Positions 12,402 through 21,474 of a stretch of 64,000 nucleotides of DNA are shown one piece after another. Numbering within the stretch: the stretch's first letter is position 1; each line of letters opens with the position of its first letter. The notes beneath the pieces are model-generated. The model was given only the letters and a program-made list of their open reading frames with translations. It was not told the DNA's origin and searched no databases. Location: NCBI GenBank assembly GCA_000995065.1, contig LBWX01000003.1:22304-86303 (forward strand), written 5' to 3'. The DNA is from a candidate division CPR2 bacterium GW2011_GWC2_39_35 (lineage in GTDB: Bacteria > Patescibacteriota > CPR2). A program made the position numbers and the translations under genes.

Positions 12402-14771
12402 TTACGCTCTTACCACTGCTCCAAACTTATGCTTTAGCACATCCATCGCTTTCGTGACAAATCCACTGATTTCTTCCTCCGATAAAGTTTTCTCGGTTGG
12501 CTCAAAATAAAGTCTTATAGTTTTTGAGATTTTTCCTGGCTCTTCAAGGCCCAAATAAACATCAAGAAGTTCAATTTCTTTTAGAATAGGTGACGTTTTT
12601 GCCAGACTCTCAGTTATTTCTTTAAAAGTTATTTTTTCGTCGATTATAAAAGATAAATCTCTTTCGACAATCGGATAGCTTGATAGTGACTTAAAAGGCT
12701 TAATTAGATTCGATAATTTAACTAACAACTTAAAGTCAAGATCTAAGATAGCTACCGGTCTCTTAAGCCCAAAAGCATGTTGAAGAGCCGGATGAACCTC
12801 TCCAATAATGCCTATCTTTTGTTCACCAACTACAATTTCTGCCGTTCTCCCGGGATGGAAATTATCATTTTTAGCCGGAATAAACTGAATATTATTTATG
12901 CCGAGTTCTTTAAGAATTAGCTCCGCCGCCCCTTTGGCAATGTAAAAAGTTTTACCATTTGGGTAAATTACCCTCAAATCATCAATCCCTGACACCGCCA
13001 CAACTAGCCCCTTGCTCTCATAAGGTAATTCTTCCTCGCTTGGTAAATAAATATTGGCTAACTCATAAATCTTAATAAAATCAAAATCGTGCTCATTTTT
13101 AGCAATGACTTGTAAAATCGAGGGGATCAAACTTGGACGCATGTATTCATGTTCGCCTGATATCGGATTGGCTACTCTAATGGCTCTTTTTTGATCAAAC
13201 CCAATTTTCTCCAAAGATTCACCCGACATAAAAGAGTAGCTTAAAGTTTCCGTAAAACCGGCGCCTTCCAAGAGGTCTTTAAGCAAAAATTCTATTTTTA
13301 ATTTTTTATCTACTTTAGGCTGAGGTATATCACCTCTTGGTAAAGTTGCTTCAACATTGTTTAGACCATATAATCGGACAATTTCTTCTAGCAAGTCCTC
13401 CGGAATAGATACATCCAAACGCCACCAAGGAACTGTAGCAGAAATAATGCCATCATATGATTTGGCATCAAACCCCAATCTATTAAGATATTTTATAGCC
13501 TCTTCTATAGATAAAACTAAACCTAATTTCTTTAGAACATCCTCTGATTCAAGCTCCACCACTTTTTCTTCATCTTTATAATTTTTAACCGCTACCGTCC
13601 CAGAATATACCTTACCTTCCCCCAACTCCTGCAATAAATAAGCGGCCCTATCGATGGCAATTTGTGCTAACTTAAACGGCAGACCTTTTTCGAACCTGGT
13701 TACTGCTTCTGTCCTTAAGGCTAATTTGGATGAGGTTTTTCTAACCGATACCTTGTCAAAAGTAGCCGATTCCAAAATTGCAAATTTAGACTTTGCAGAA
13801 ATTTCAGAATTTGCTCCGCCCATGACTCCCGCAATAGCAATCGGCTTTTCGGCATCGGCAATAACAAGCATCGAACTATCTAATTTTCTTTTCTGACCGT
13901 CAAGAGTTTCTAAGACCTCGCCGTCATTCGCTCTCCTTACCTCAATTTTTTGATCCGCAATTTTATCACCGTCAAAAGCATGTAGCGGTTGACCGAGTTC
14001 TAACATAACGTAATTTGCAACATCAACCACTAGATTGATTGGCCTAACTCCGGCAGCCTCTAAGTGCCTTTTCATCCAATCTGGAGATTCGCCGATCTTT
14101 TCTATTTGAATTACTCTGGCAAGATATTGGGAGCACAAATCCTTATCCAAAACCTCGACATTTATCCGAGAGTCAGCTTTTTCCTCGGTCTCTTTTAAAT
14201 CGATTTCTGGAAATTTGAGTTCATCACCAGTAACCGCCGCCACTTCTCTGGCGATCCCGATCATGGAATATTCATCAGACCGATTTGGCGTAATTTCGGC
14301 CTCTAAAACAGGCTCACCAACTTCCAATGCTTCCCCTAAAGACGCACCAATCTTAGCAGATGCATTTAGAACCATGATGCCGGTTGATTCCGTAGATAAA
14401 CCAAGTTCCGCCTCGGAAGCACACATTCCGGCCGATTCTACCCCTCTAATATTTACTCTTTTTAGCTCGAAGTCGCCTAGCTTAGCGCCTTCACGAGCAA
14501 AGGCAATTTTTTGGCCAACCTCTACATTGGCCGCGCCGCAAACTACGGTTTGCTTATCCTTGCCGGTGTTTACCGTTACCAATCTTAACCTATCCGCATT
14601 AGGATGTTTTTCGATTTCTAAGACTTCTGCTACATTTACACCGCTCCAAGTAACAGCATGGTTCTCAATTTTTTCGATCTCCGTGCCGGATAAGGACAAA
14701 AGCTCGGCAATTTCCTTATCGCTTTTATCAGTCTTTACATATTCCTTTAGCCATTTGATTGGTACTCGCAT
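12402..14771 (-). CDS. pheT: Phenylalanine-tRNA ligase beta subunit
   Basis: HPNADRL, EITPNRSD, GQPLHAFD, DLLEEIVRLYG, FDX-ACB C-terminus. Confidence 0.98.
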   Translation of the reverse strand: MRVPIKWLKEYVKTDKSDKEIAELLSLSGTEIEKIENHAVTWSGVNVAEVLEIEKHPNADRLRLVTVNTGKDKQTVVCGAANVEVGQKIAFAREGAKLGDFELKRVNIRGVESAGMCASEAELGLSTESTGIMVLNASAKIGASLGEALEVGEPVLEAEITPNRSDEYSMIGIAREVAAVTGDELKFPEIDLKETEEKADSRINVEVLDKDLCSQYLARVIQIEKIGESPDWMKRHLEAAGVRPINLVVDVANYVMLELGQPLHAFDGDKIADQKIEVRRANDGEVLETLDGQKRKLDSSMLVIADAEKPIAIAGVMGGANSEISAKSKFAILESATFDKVSVRKTSSKLALRTEAVTRFEKGLPFKLAQIAIDRAAYLLQELGEGKVYSGTVAVKNYKDEEKVVELESEDVLKKLGLVLSIEEAIKYLNRLGFDAKSYDGIISATVPWWRLDVSIPEDLLEEIVRLYGLNNVEATLPRGDIPQPKVDKKLKIEFLLKDLLEGAGFTETLSYSFMSGESLEKIGFDQKRAIRVANPISGEHEYMRPSLIPSILQVIAKNEHDFDFIKIYELANIYLPSEEELPYESKGLVVAVSGIDDLRVIYPNGKTFYIAKGAAELILKELGINNIQFIPAKNDNFHPGRTAEIVVGEQKIGIIGEVHPALQHAFGLKRPVAILDLDFKLLVKLSNLIKPFKSLSSYPIVERDLSFIIDEKITFKEITESLAKTSPILKEIELLDVYLGLEEPGKISKTIRLYFEPTEKTLSEEEISGFVTKAMDVLKHKFGAVVRA

Positions 14772-14774
14772 TTT

Positions 14775-14999
14775 TTATTTCTTCTTTATCTTAAAAATAA
14801 ACTTATCCTGAAAGTAAAATAGTATCATAAGCGTTATAAAGGCTGCTGGCAGCGGAATGACCACAAAGGTAAGAACGGGATTTCCGAAAACTATCGCCTT
14901 TTTTACGTTAAAAGCGAGCTCCACCGTCCAAACAAAAAATGTCAAAAACGTGACAAAAATGATTTCCAAAGTAATCAAAATTAATCTTGCTGCTTTCAT
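14775..14999 (-). CDS. Small two-TM membrane protein
   Basis: GGAGG RBS; two hydrophobic helices; resembles 15051-15278. Confidence 0.7.
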   Translation of the reverse strand: MKAARLILITLEIIFVTFLTFFVWTVELAFNVKKAIVFGNPVLTFVVIPLPAAFITLMILFYFQDKFIFKIKKK

Positions 15000-15050
15000 T
15001 TTATCCCTCCAAATACTTACTATATTTATTTAAAAAAGTCATTTTCATGA

Positions 15051-15278
15051 TTAATATCCTATCAAATACTCATCTTGATAATGGAAAATTCCGGAAAGAA
15101 TCATAGTAGATACCATTAAAACTGCAACGTAATATAAAGCCGGATGCTGGCTGGCAAATCCGCTTTGAGAACAATCTCCGGATATACAAACATATGCAGA
15201 TATCCAAACTAACGAACCAATAAAAAAGATAAGAATCATTTCTACGGCCATTATTACGTAGCGACTATTCTTGGTCAT
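15051..15278 (-). CDS. Small two-TM membrane protein
   Basis: TAATG overlap with the pheS stop; resembles 14775-14999. Confidence 0.7.
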   Translation of the reverse strand: MTKNSRYVIMAVEMILIFFIGSLVWISAYVCISGDCSQSGFASQHPALYYVAVLMVSTMILSGIFHYQDEYLIGY

Positions 15279-16291
15279 TAAAACTGCTCCAAAAATCGTA
15301 AGTCATTATCAAAAAACAATCTTAAATCATCAATGTTATTTCTTAGCATCGCCGGACGCTCTATACCAAATCCGAATGCAAAACCTTGGTATTTTTCGGG
15401 ATCAATGCCCCCATTTTTTAAAACGTTGGGATGAACCATACCGGCACCTAATATCTCAACCCAACCGGAATATTTACAAACCCGGCAACCACCCCCCCCA
15501 CAGATACCGCAAGATACATCCATTTCTATCGAGGGCTCCGTAAAGGCAAAGTGATGCGGCCTAAACCGCGTTTTTCTTTCTTCCCCGAAAAAAGCGCGAA
15601 CAAAGGCCTCTAGCGTACCCTTTAGATCAGCCAGTGTTACAGTTTCGTCAACCACCAAACCTTCTAATTGATGAAACATCGGGGTGTGGGTAACATCGCT
15701 ATCCCGTCTGTAGGTTTTACCTGGCACAATCACTCTTATCGGCGGTTTTTCGGTTTGCATTACCCTTATTTGTACCGGCGTAGTTTGAGTCCGTAAAACC
15801 AAATTTTCGTTTATAAAAAAAGTGTCTTGGGTGTCTCTAACCGGATGATCTTTGGGCATATTTACTGCTTCAAAATTATACCAATCCGTTTCTATTTCTG
15901 GGCCCTCGGCGACTGAAAATCCCAACTTAGAGAATATTTCCACCATGTCCTTTATGGTCTGGGTCACCAGATGCTGATGTCCAACTGTATGTTTAATCCC
16001 CGGCGCCGTGACATCAATCCATTCTCCATCGGCAAGATTCTCTCTTTTTAAAGAGGTGATCTCGGAAAGTCTCTTCTCGATCATCGACTCAACTTCTTGC
16101 TTTATTTTGTTCAATTCTTTTCCGGCTTCTTTTCTCTGGTCAATGGGTAGAGTAGCAAGAGAGCTCATAGCCAAAGTAATTCTTCCTTTTCTTCCTAAGT
16201 ATCGAACTCTAAAATTTTCTACCTCGCTACTTAAGCTAGCTTTTTTTATTCCCTCCGTCGCTTCTTTTAAAATATCGTTTAAATTGTTCAT
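15278..16291 (-). CDS. pheS: Phenylalanine-tRNA ligase alpha subunit
   Basis: HPVRDTQDTF, LRTQTTPVQ, YRRDSD, FHQLEG, GFAFGFGIER. Confidence 0.98.
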   Translation of the reverse strand: MNNLNDILKEATEGIKKASLSSEVENFRVRYLGRKGRITLAMSSLATLPIDQRKEAGKELNKIKQEVESMIEKRLSEITSLKRENLADGEWIDVTAPGIKHTVGHQHLVTQTIKDMVEIFSKLGFSVAEGPEIETDWYNFEAVNMPKDHPVRDTQDTFFINENLVLRTQTTPVQIRVMQTEKPPIRVIVPGKTYRRDSDVTHTPMFHQLEGLVVDETVTLADLKGTLEAFVRAFFGEERKTRFRPHHFAFTEPSIEMDVSCGICGGGGCRVCKYSGWVEILGAGMVHPNVLKNGGIDPEKYQGFAFGFGIERPAMLRNNIDDLRLFFDNDLRFLEQF

Positions 16292-16698
16292 GATATGATT
16301 ACGAGCCAAAGAACTGGATTCGCAAGAAATGCTAAAGCGGTACTTAAGCCAATATTCTGCTTTTCCCTAAGCTTTAGTAAATACTTAATCAAAGCAAAAT
16401 CCGCAAGGCCAATAATAGCAAAAGTTAGGATAAAGGTAAAGACTACATTACTAAAAACCAAAAAGGACAAAAAGATTGAGATAAATGCAGCCACCGCCGA
16501 TGCCCCAACGACCCCGACCACTGCTGGCCATACGATTTTTCCTTTTACTACAAATTTAAGATAGAGAACGAAAATAGCAAAATTAACGGCATAAAAAAAT
16601 GCAAAAAAGACCAGGAGCGATGGGATCATCTGACCTACTGACGCAATGAGCGGTGAAGATGCTTGCGCATTTTCTAAGTTGCTTAACGATTTATTCAT
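16288..16698 (-). CDS. Hypothetical membrane protein
   Basis: About 4 TM segments; overlaps both neighbours (coupled). Confidence 0.75.
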   Translation of the reverse strand: MNKSLSNLENAQASSPLIASVGQMIPSLLVFFAFFYAVNFAIFVLYLKFVVKGKIVWPAVVGVVGASAVAAFISIFLSFLVFSNVVFTFILTFAIIGLADFALIKYLLKLREKQNIGLSTALAFLANPVLWLVIIS

Positions 16699-17060
16699 AC
16701 TAACCTACCTTTTTTAGATAATAAAAATATTTCAATTAGAATAAAGGCTGTGATTAGGAAAAAGCCGTCCCAAAACCAAAGCAAATTCTGAGATTTAAGA
16801 ATCGCCAAAGAAGTCACCACTATTCCTATAAAAATACCTTCGCGAATAGAGGCTTTGGGCATCTCTATAAAAGTAAGGGATTTTCTTATCTGAAAAGCCG
16901 CAAAAGAACCGATTGAAAAGCCGCTCATAAAGATAAGACCAAAGAATAATACAATTTGCATGAAACCTGCCTTCCATGGATCGACATAAAACAGAAAATA
17001 TAATAAGCCGACTAGCGACAAGAAAACATAAGTTAAAATTTTCATAGAAAAAATACTCAT
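16695..17060 (-). CDS. Hypothetical membrane protein
   Basis: About 4 TM segments, SIREG motif; ATGA overlap with the next gene. Confidence 0.75.
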   Translation of the reverse strand: MSIFSMKILTYVFLSLVGLLYFLFYVDPWKAGFMQIVLFFGLIFMSGFSIGSFAAFQIRKSLTFIEMPKASIREGIFIGIVVTSLAILKSQNLLWFWDGFFLITAFILIEIFLLSKKGRLV

Positions 17061-17113
17061 TGTAATTTAATTATAGTTCATTTTCATTTATTTTGCCAAC
17101 AGAAAGGTCGAAT

Positions 17114-17140
17114 AAAAAATACCCAAACTGGGTATTTTTT
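17114..17140. terminator. Intrinsic terminator (bidirectional-type)
   Basis: AAAAAATACCCA-AAC-TGGGTATTTTTT. Confidence 0.7.
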
Positions 17141-17667
17141 ATCTACTATGCATTAAAGATACATAGTTTAACTCCCTACAGGTGGTAGAGAGCCATTGGA
17201 AGATAGCAACAAATAAACCTTACCCTCCAATAAGTTAACTACCACTCCTTTTTTAAAATAAGGTACAAATCGAAATAATTCCTTTTGCTTGCCTCTTTTA
17301 TTTTTGGGCTTGCTTTTTATTTTTGTGTTTAAAGGTTTTTTAAACCTCAGATTATTTAAAACAGTAGGGAAAGTCCAGATTAGAAATAAGGGGGGTACTT
17401 CTAACCTGGGCTTTCACCCACCATTTTTCGCTCCTTCTTAAGCTTCAAATGGCAAGCCAATCGTGATAAGCAAGCCCTTGACATAAGCTATTATGAAACA
17501 GATGTGTGAAACATGTCAATAAAAAAATTGTGAATAAGCAAAAACAGAATCTGGCATAAAGTATTTAGAATATAGGATAAGAATATAGGGCTTAGAATTA
17601 AGAATTATTAGGGCTTTAATATCCTCTAGATTCTTTATTCTATATTAAAGATTCCAAATTCCAGATT

Positions 17668-18726
17668 CTACTCTGCTGGCTTATCCAGCTGCAGAAGTTC
17701 CGAATCTAGACCCTTGCCGGTAATCTTGGTCACATCTTTATCTATCTTTACAAATTCCTTATTGGCTTCGTTATAGGCATTAACCGAAGTCTCTAAAGAC
17801 CTTCCTAATTTAGAGACATAAGTTTGGTAAGCGTTTAAATGATTGCCAAGCTTATGAATATTATCCACGATATCATTAATTGATTCCTGAACCTCCAAAG
17901 CTCGAAGTCCCTGCAAAACGGTCTGTAAATAAGCCGCTAAAGAAGTTGGAGAAACAATTATGACTTTCTTGTTTGTTGCATAATCAATTAAATCTCTGGT
18001 GTTCACTTTTAAGGTTCCCACTTGGTTTACAAGCAAATCATAATAAATTCCCTCCGACGGAATGAACATAAAAGCAAATTCCATCGTTCGCTTCTTGGGC
18101 CGGATATACTTCGCCGTTTCATCAATTCGATTCTTTAAATCCTGCTTAAACAACTTCTGAAGCGATTCACACTTAACTGCGTCTTTTTCTTCGCAAATTT
18201 TATTATAGTTTTCCAAGGAAAATTTAGAATCAATCGGCAAAACTTTGTCTTTTATAAAAAGAACGGCATCGACAATCAGCTCCTTGCCCGTCTTTTCGTC
18301 CGTGCCAAGACTGTATTGCATTTTGTAGGCATTAGGAGAAAAAAGATTTTTAAGGGCTGTTTCTAGATAATATTCCCCCAAAACCCCTCTTTGCTTCGGA
18401 TTTTTTAAGATGTTTTCCAAGCCCTGAAGCTGCTCCGTTATCCCTACCACTTGTTTATTGGTATCTTCCAGCTTAGTTAGTTTTTCGGTTACGTCCCTTA
18501 TTATTCCGGCACTTGACCTAAATTGCTCCTGAATTGTTTTAGATGATTCTACAAGGCCCTTACTTAACTGTTCCGAAACTTGGTTTAGCTGCTGCTGCAA
18601 TAAAAGCACGCTCTTGTCATTTTCTGAATTTATTTTTAGATCGCTGAGCCTCTTATTAATTAAAAAAATGATTACACCAAAACCGGCAACCACAATTGCA
18701 ATTAAAATTATAAACGATTGATCCAT
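17668..18726 (-). CDS. rmuC: DNA recombination protein RmuC
   Basis: N-terminal TM, coiled coil, RGVLGE, IDSKF, KYI, FMFIPSEG, VSPT. Confidence 0.93.
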   Translation of the reverse strand: MDQSFIILIAIVVAGFGVIIFLINKRLSDLKINSENDKSVLLLQQQLNQVSEQLSKGLVESSKTIQEQFRSSAGIIRDVTEKLTKLEDTNKQVVGITEQLQGLENILKNPKQRGVLGEYYLETALKNLFSPNAYKMQYSLGTDEKTGKELIVDAVLFIKDKVLPIDSKFSLENYNKICEEKDAVKCESLQKLFKQDLKNRIDETAKYIRPKKRTMEFAFMFIPSEGIYYDLLVNQVGTLKVNTRDLIDYATNKKVIIVSPTSLAAYLQTVLQGLRALEVQESINDIVDNIHKLGNHLNAYQTYVSKLGRSLETSVNAYNEANKEFVKIDKDVTKITGKGLDSELLQLDKPAE

Positions 18727-18773
18727 GAGGATAATTATAGCAATCTTTAGAAAAGATTATAGTATTATTTTTA

Positions 18774-19250
18774 CTATGATGCAGCTTTCGCTTTCTTTTT
18801 CTCTTCTGTAAAAACAAAGAGCCAGGCATACAAAAGAACAAATTCGATTGCAAACATTATAAGATTCAAGCCATCTACTGCCGGACTTGTCCATTTAGCA
18901 GCAAGCCAAAAATTAGCGTTCATCACCATTACAACAATCAAAGCAGCTAGAGTAATTTCTCTTCTAAATTTAAGTCGCTTGTTTAGAAGAATAGTTAAAG
19001 CAGCTAAGGCTAAAATTAATCCAGACAAAAGTTCGCCCCAGCTAACCATAATACCAAACGCTGTGGCATTCGGAATGGCTGTCTCAGAAAGAAAAGACTT
19101 ATAAAGCCCAAAGGGATTTTTGGAAGCAAAGTATCCGAGAGTTTTTTCCATGCCTCCTACAAATTCACCACCGGTTACTTTCTCCCAGCCACCCTTAAGC
19201 CATTCGAGACTAATTATTAGCTGCACTACTACTAACAGTCTTTTTTCCAT
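18774..19250 (-). CDS. DoxX/TQO small subunit-like membrane protein
   Basis: EWLKGGWEK, GELLSG, MNANF pattern; 4 TM segments. Confidence 0.75.
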   Translation of the reverse strand: MEKRLLVVVQLIISLEWLKGGWEKVTGGEFVGGMEKTLGYFASKNPFGLYKSFLSETAIPNATAFGIMVSWGELLSGLILALAALTILLNKRLKFRREITLAALIVVMVMNANFWLAAKWTSPAVDGLNLIMFAIEFVLLYAWLFVFTEEKKKAKAAS

Positions 19251-21153
19251 ATTCTCCTCCTTTTCTTTTATTCGATTCCTTATTTATGGGTATAGAAACA
19301 TAAAATACCGATCCTCGTCCTTCTATGGATTCGAACCAAATCCTACCTTTAAACCTTTGAACGATCTCCTTTATAATATATAATCCCAGACCATTGCCTT
19401 CATTTTCCCCGGTATTACCCGCTCGATAAAATTTTTGGAACAGATTTTTTTGTTCCTCAATCGGTATACCAATTCCCTCATCCCGAACAGAAACCACTGC
19501 CATACCAATTTCATTTGTGACTTTTACGGCAATGTTCTTACTTTCACCGGAGTACTTACTAGCATTTGATAAAAGATTTTGAATAACCTGCCTAAAATAA
19601 GTCTTATCGGCATCTATATAAAAGCTGCTTTCGCATTCTAAAACTATGGTTTGTTTTCTGGGCTCAATAATTGGTACCATAGATTCGATAATAGCAGCAA
19701 CCGTTTCTTTTAGATCAAGGGTCTCCGCCTTAAGCTTTAATCTGCCAGTTTCGATTCTCGAAATATCCAATAAATCTTTTACAAGTTCTCTCATTTGAGA
19801 ATTTGATTTATAAGCTGATTTTAGAATATTTCTCTGCTCGTCATTCAATTTGCCGAATTTTTCAGAAACAATCACTTCGATTGCCCACTGAACGGCAGTT
19901 AACGGGGAATTGAGCTGATGGGAAGTAATAGAAACAAATTCCGATTTCATCTCATTTACTTCCTTTTCTTTGGTAGCGTCCCTTATAACATAAACTGATC
20001 CAAAATCATGCTCATCAAACTGAAATCTATTAGCCGCTCCCTTAACAGAAATTATACCGCCGCTTTTTTTACTGATATCGCAATAATTCTCCGGCTTGCA
20101 ATAACCCTGATTTGTCAAATTTTTCTGAATATAACCAAAATGTTCTTTTTCCTTAAAAATCAAGATCTTTTCCAGATCTTCATTTAGAGCCTCTGATTCT
20201 CTAAAGCCAGTAATTAGTTCTGCCATAGGATTAAAAATTATTATTTTATTTTCGCTATCTGTAACTATAACTCCGTCGCCGATATTTTCTAAAATTGATT
20301 TAACCCTCTGTGTTTCTTCGCTCATACTGTCATAAGAGACCCTAAGATGCTGCATCATTTTGTTGTAGCTTCTAGCCAAGTTTCCAATCTCATCTTTAGC
20401 AATTTCATTCGCTCTTAAACTTTTTGAAAAATTGGTCTGTTTCATAACTCTTTCGAGGTCAACTAAGGGTTTGTTAATAGTTATATGAATTAAAAACCTA
20501 ATAAGAAGCATCCCGAAGAGAACCAACAAATAAATATATATCATTCCATTTATGGCACCCTTCTTTAAATTGTCGATTTGAAAAATAAGATCTTCTCTTA
20601 AAACCGATATCTTATAATTTACATCCTGAAGATCATAAATGATATCGAAAGTAGCCGGGTGGATTTCTTTATGAATAATTTTTAGCTCATCCTTATTTTT
20701 AGCTTGCAGCGTTTTCTGAGTGAATTGATTTAATTTATCCATCTCTTGGTCAAGAAATTCAGAAAATGATAAATTATTAACTGTCAAATCCGGACTGTTG
20801 TTGCTGTCGTGCCTTTCGCGATATTCAATTTCTATAAACTGCTTCAAGCTATCAAAAGCAGGTTTTAATTCCTCGGATCTCTTTATGAAGAGTACTTTTT
20901 TATCGTTCGAATATTCGTCTGCATATTCAAAATGAGCTTGAGCGTAGTTTATTATTGCCCAATTTGCCTTACCCAGCCTTGATAAAAATTCAACATGCTT
21001 TTGAAGATGAGTACTGGCGTCAGAAATTTTAAGAAAAGTCTTAAAATCGGTTACTAAAGCTAAAACAATAAGCAAAAAGGCTCCGGCAGAAAATATGAGC
21101 GTCTTTTGGTTTATTTTAAGATCTCGGAATTTTTTCCAGACAAAACTAAACAT
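19210..21153 (-). CDS. Sensor histidine kinase (TM-HAMP-PAS-HisKA-HATPase)
   Basis: DEIGNLA HAMP, PAS, SHQLNSPL H-box, NLLSNASKY, DEGIGI, GLGL. Confidence 0.95.
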   Translation of the reverse strand: MFSFVWKKFRDLKINQKTLIFSAGAFLLIVLALVTDFKTFLKISDASTHLQKHVEFLSRLGKANWAIINYAQAHFEYADEYSNDKKVLFIKRSEELKPAFDSLKQFIEIEYRERHDSNNSPDLTVNNLSFSEFLDQEMDKLNQFTQKTLQAKNKDELKIIHKEIHPATFDIIYDLQDVNYKISVLREDLIFQIDNLKKGAINGMIYIYLLVLFGMLLIRFLIHITINKPLVDLERVMKQTNFSKSLRANEIAKDEIGNLARSYNKMMQHLRVSYDSMSEETQRVKSILENIGDGVIVTDSENKIIIFNPMAELITGFRESEALNEDLEKILIFKEKEHFGYIQKNLTNQGYCKPENYCDISKKSGGIISVKGAANRFQFDEHDFGSVYVIRDATKEKEVNEMKSEFVSITSHQLNSPLTAVQWAIEVIVSEKFGKLNDEQRNILKSAYKSNSQMRELVKDLLDISRIETGRLKLKAETLDLKETVAAIIESMVPIIEPRKQTIVLECESSFYIDADKTYFRQVIQNLLSNASKYSGESKNIAVKVTNEIGMAVVSVRDEGIGIPIEEQKNLFQKFYRAGNTGENEGNGLGLYIIKEIVQRFKGRIWFESIEGRGSVFYVSIPINKESNKRKGGEYGKKTVSSSAANN

Positions 21154-21282
21154 CGCCTCCCAAACTCTTATGTATCTATCTTATTATGTGTTTTTTGTCT
21201 TGTCTAGTAGGGAAAATTTGGAGGTTCTACCATAGATGTTTAGAAGAGATTATTTAAAATTGAAGTGTAATAAGGAGAAAAC

Positions 21283-21471
21283 ATGGAATTTTATAATGTA
21301 AAAAAGCGTCAGAAAGTTGACGTTTCTGACAACCATCTTAAAAAAACTATTTATGAAGGAAAAGGCGGCCAAAAACGGTTTGCCGTAAGATCTGTCGATG
21401 ATGACGGCACAAAGCTCACAAAATTTATCTCGAAAGATACTTACGACAGCCTTCAAGTTCCGACAGAATAA
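21283..21471 (+). CDS. Small basic protein, DUF5679-like
   Basis: AAGGAG RBS; FYNVKKRQK...GTKLTKF pattern. Confidence 0.7.
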   Translation: MEFYNVKKRQKVDVSDNHLKKTIYEGKGGQKRFAVRSVDDDGTKLTKFISKDTYDSLQVPTE

Positions 21472-21474
21472 GTA

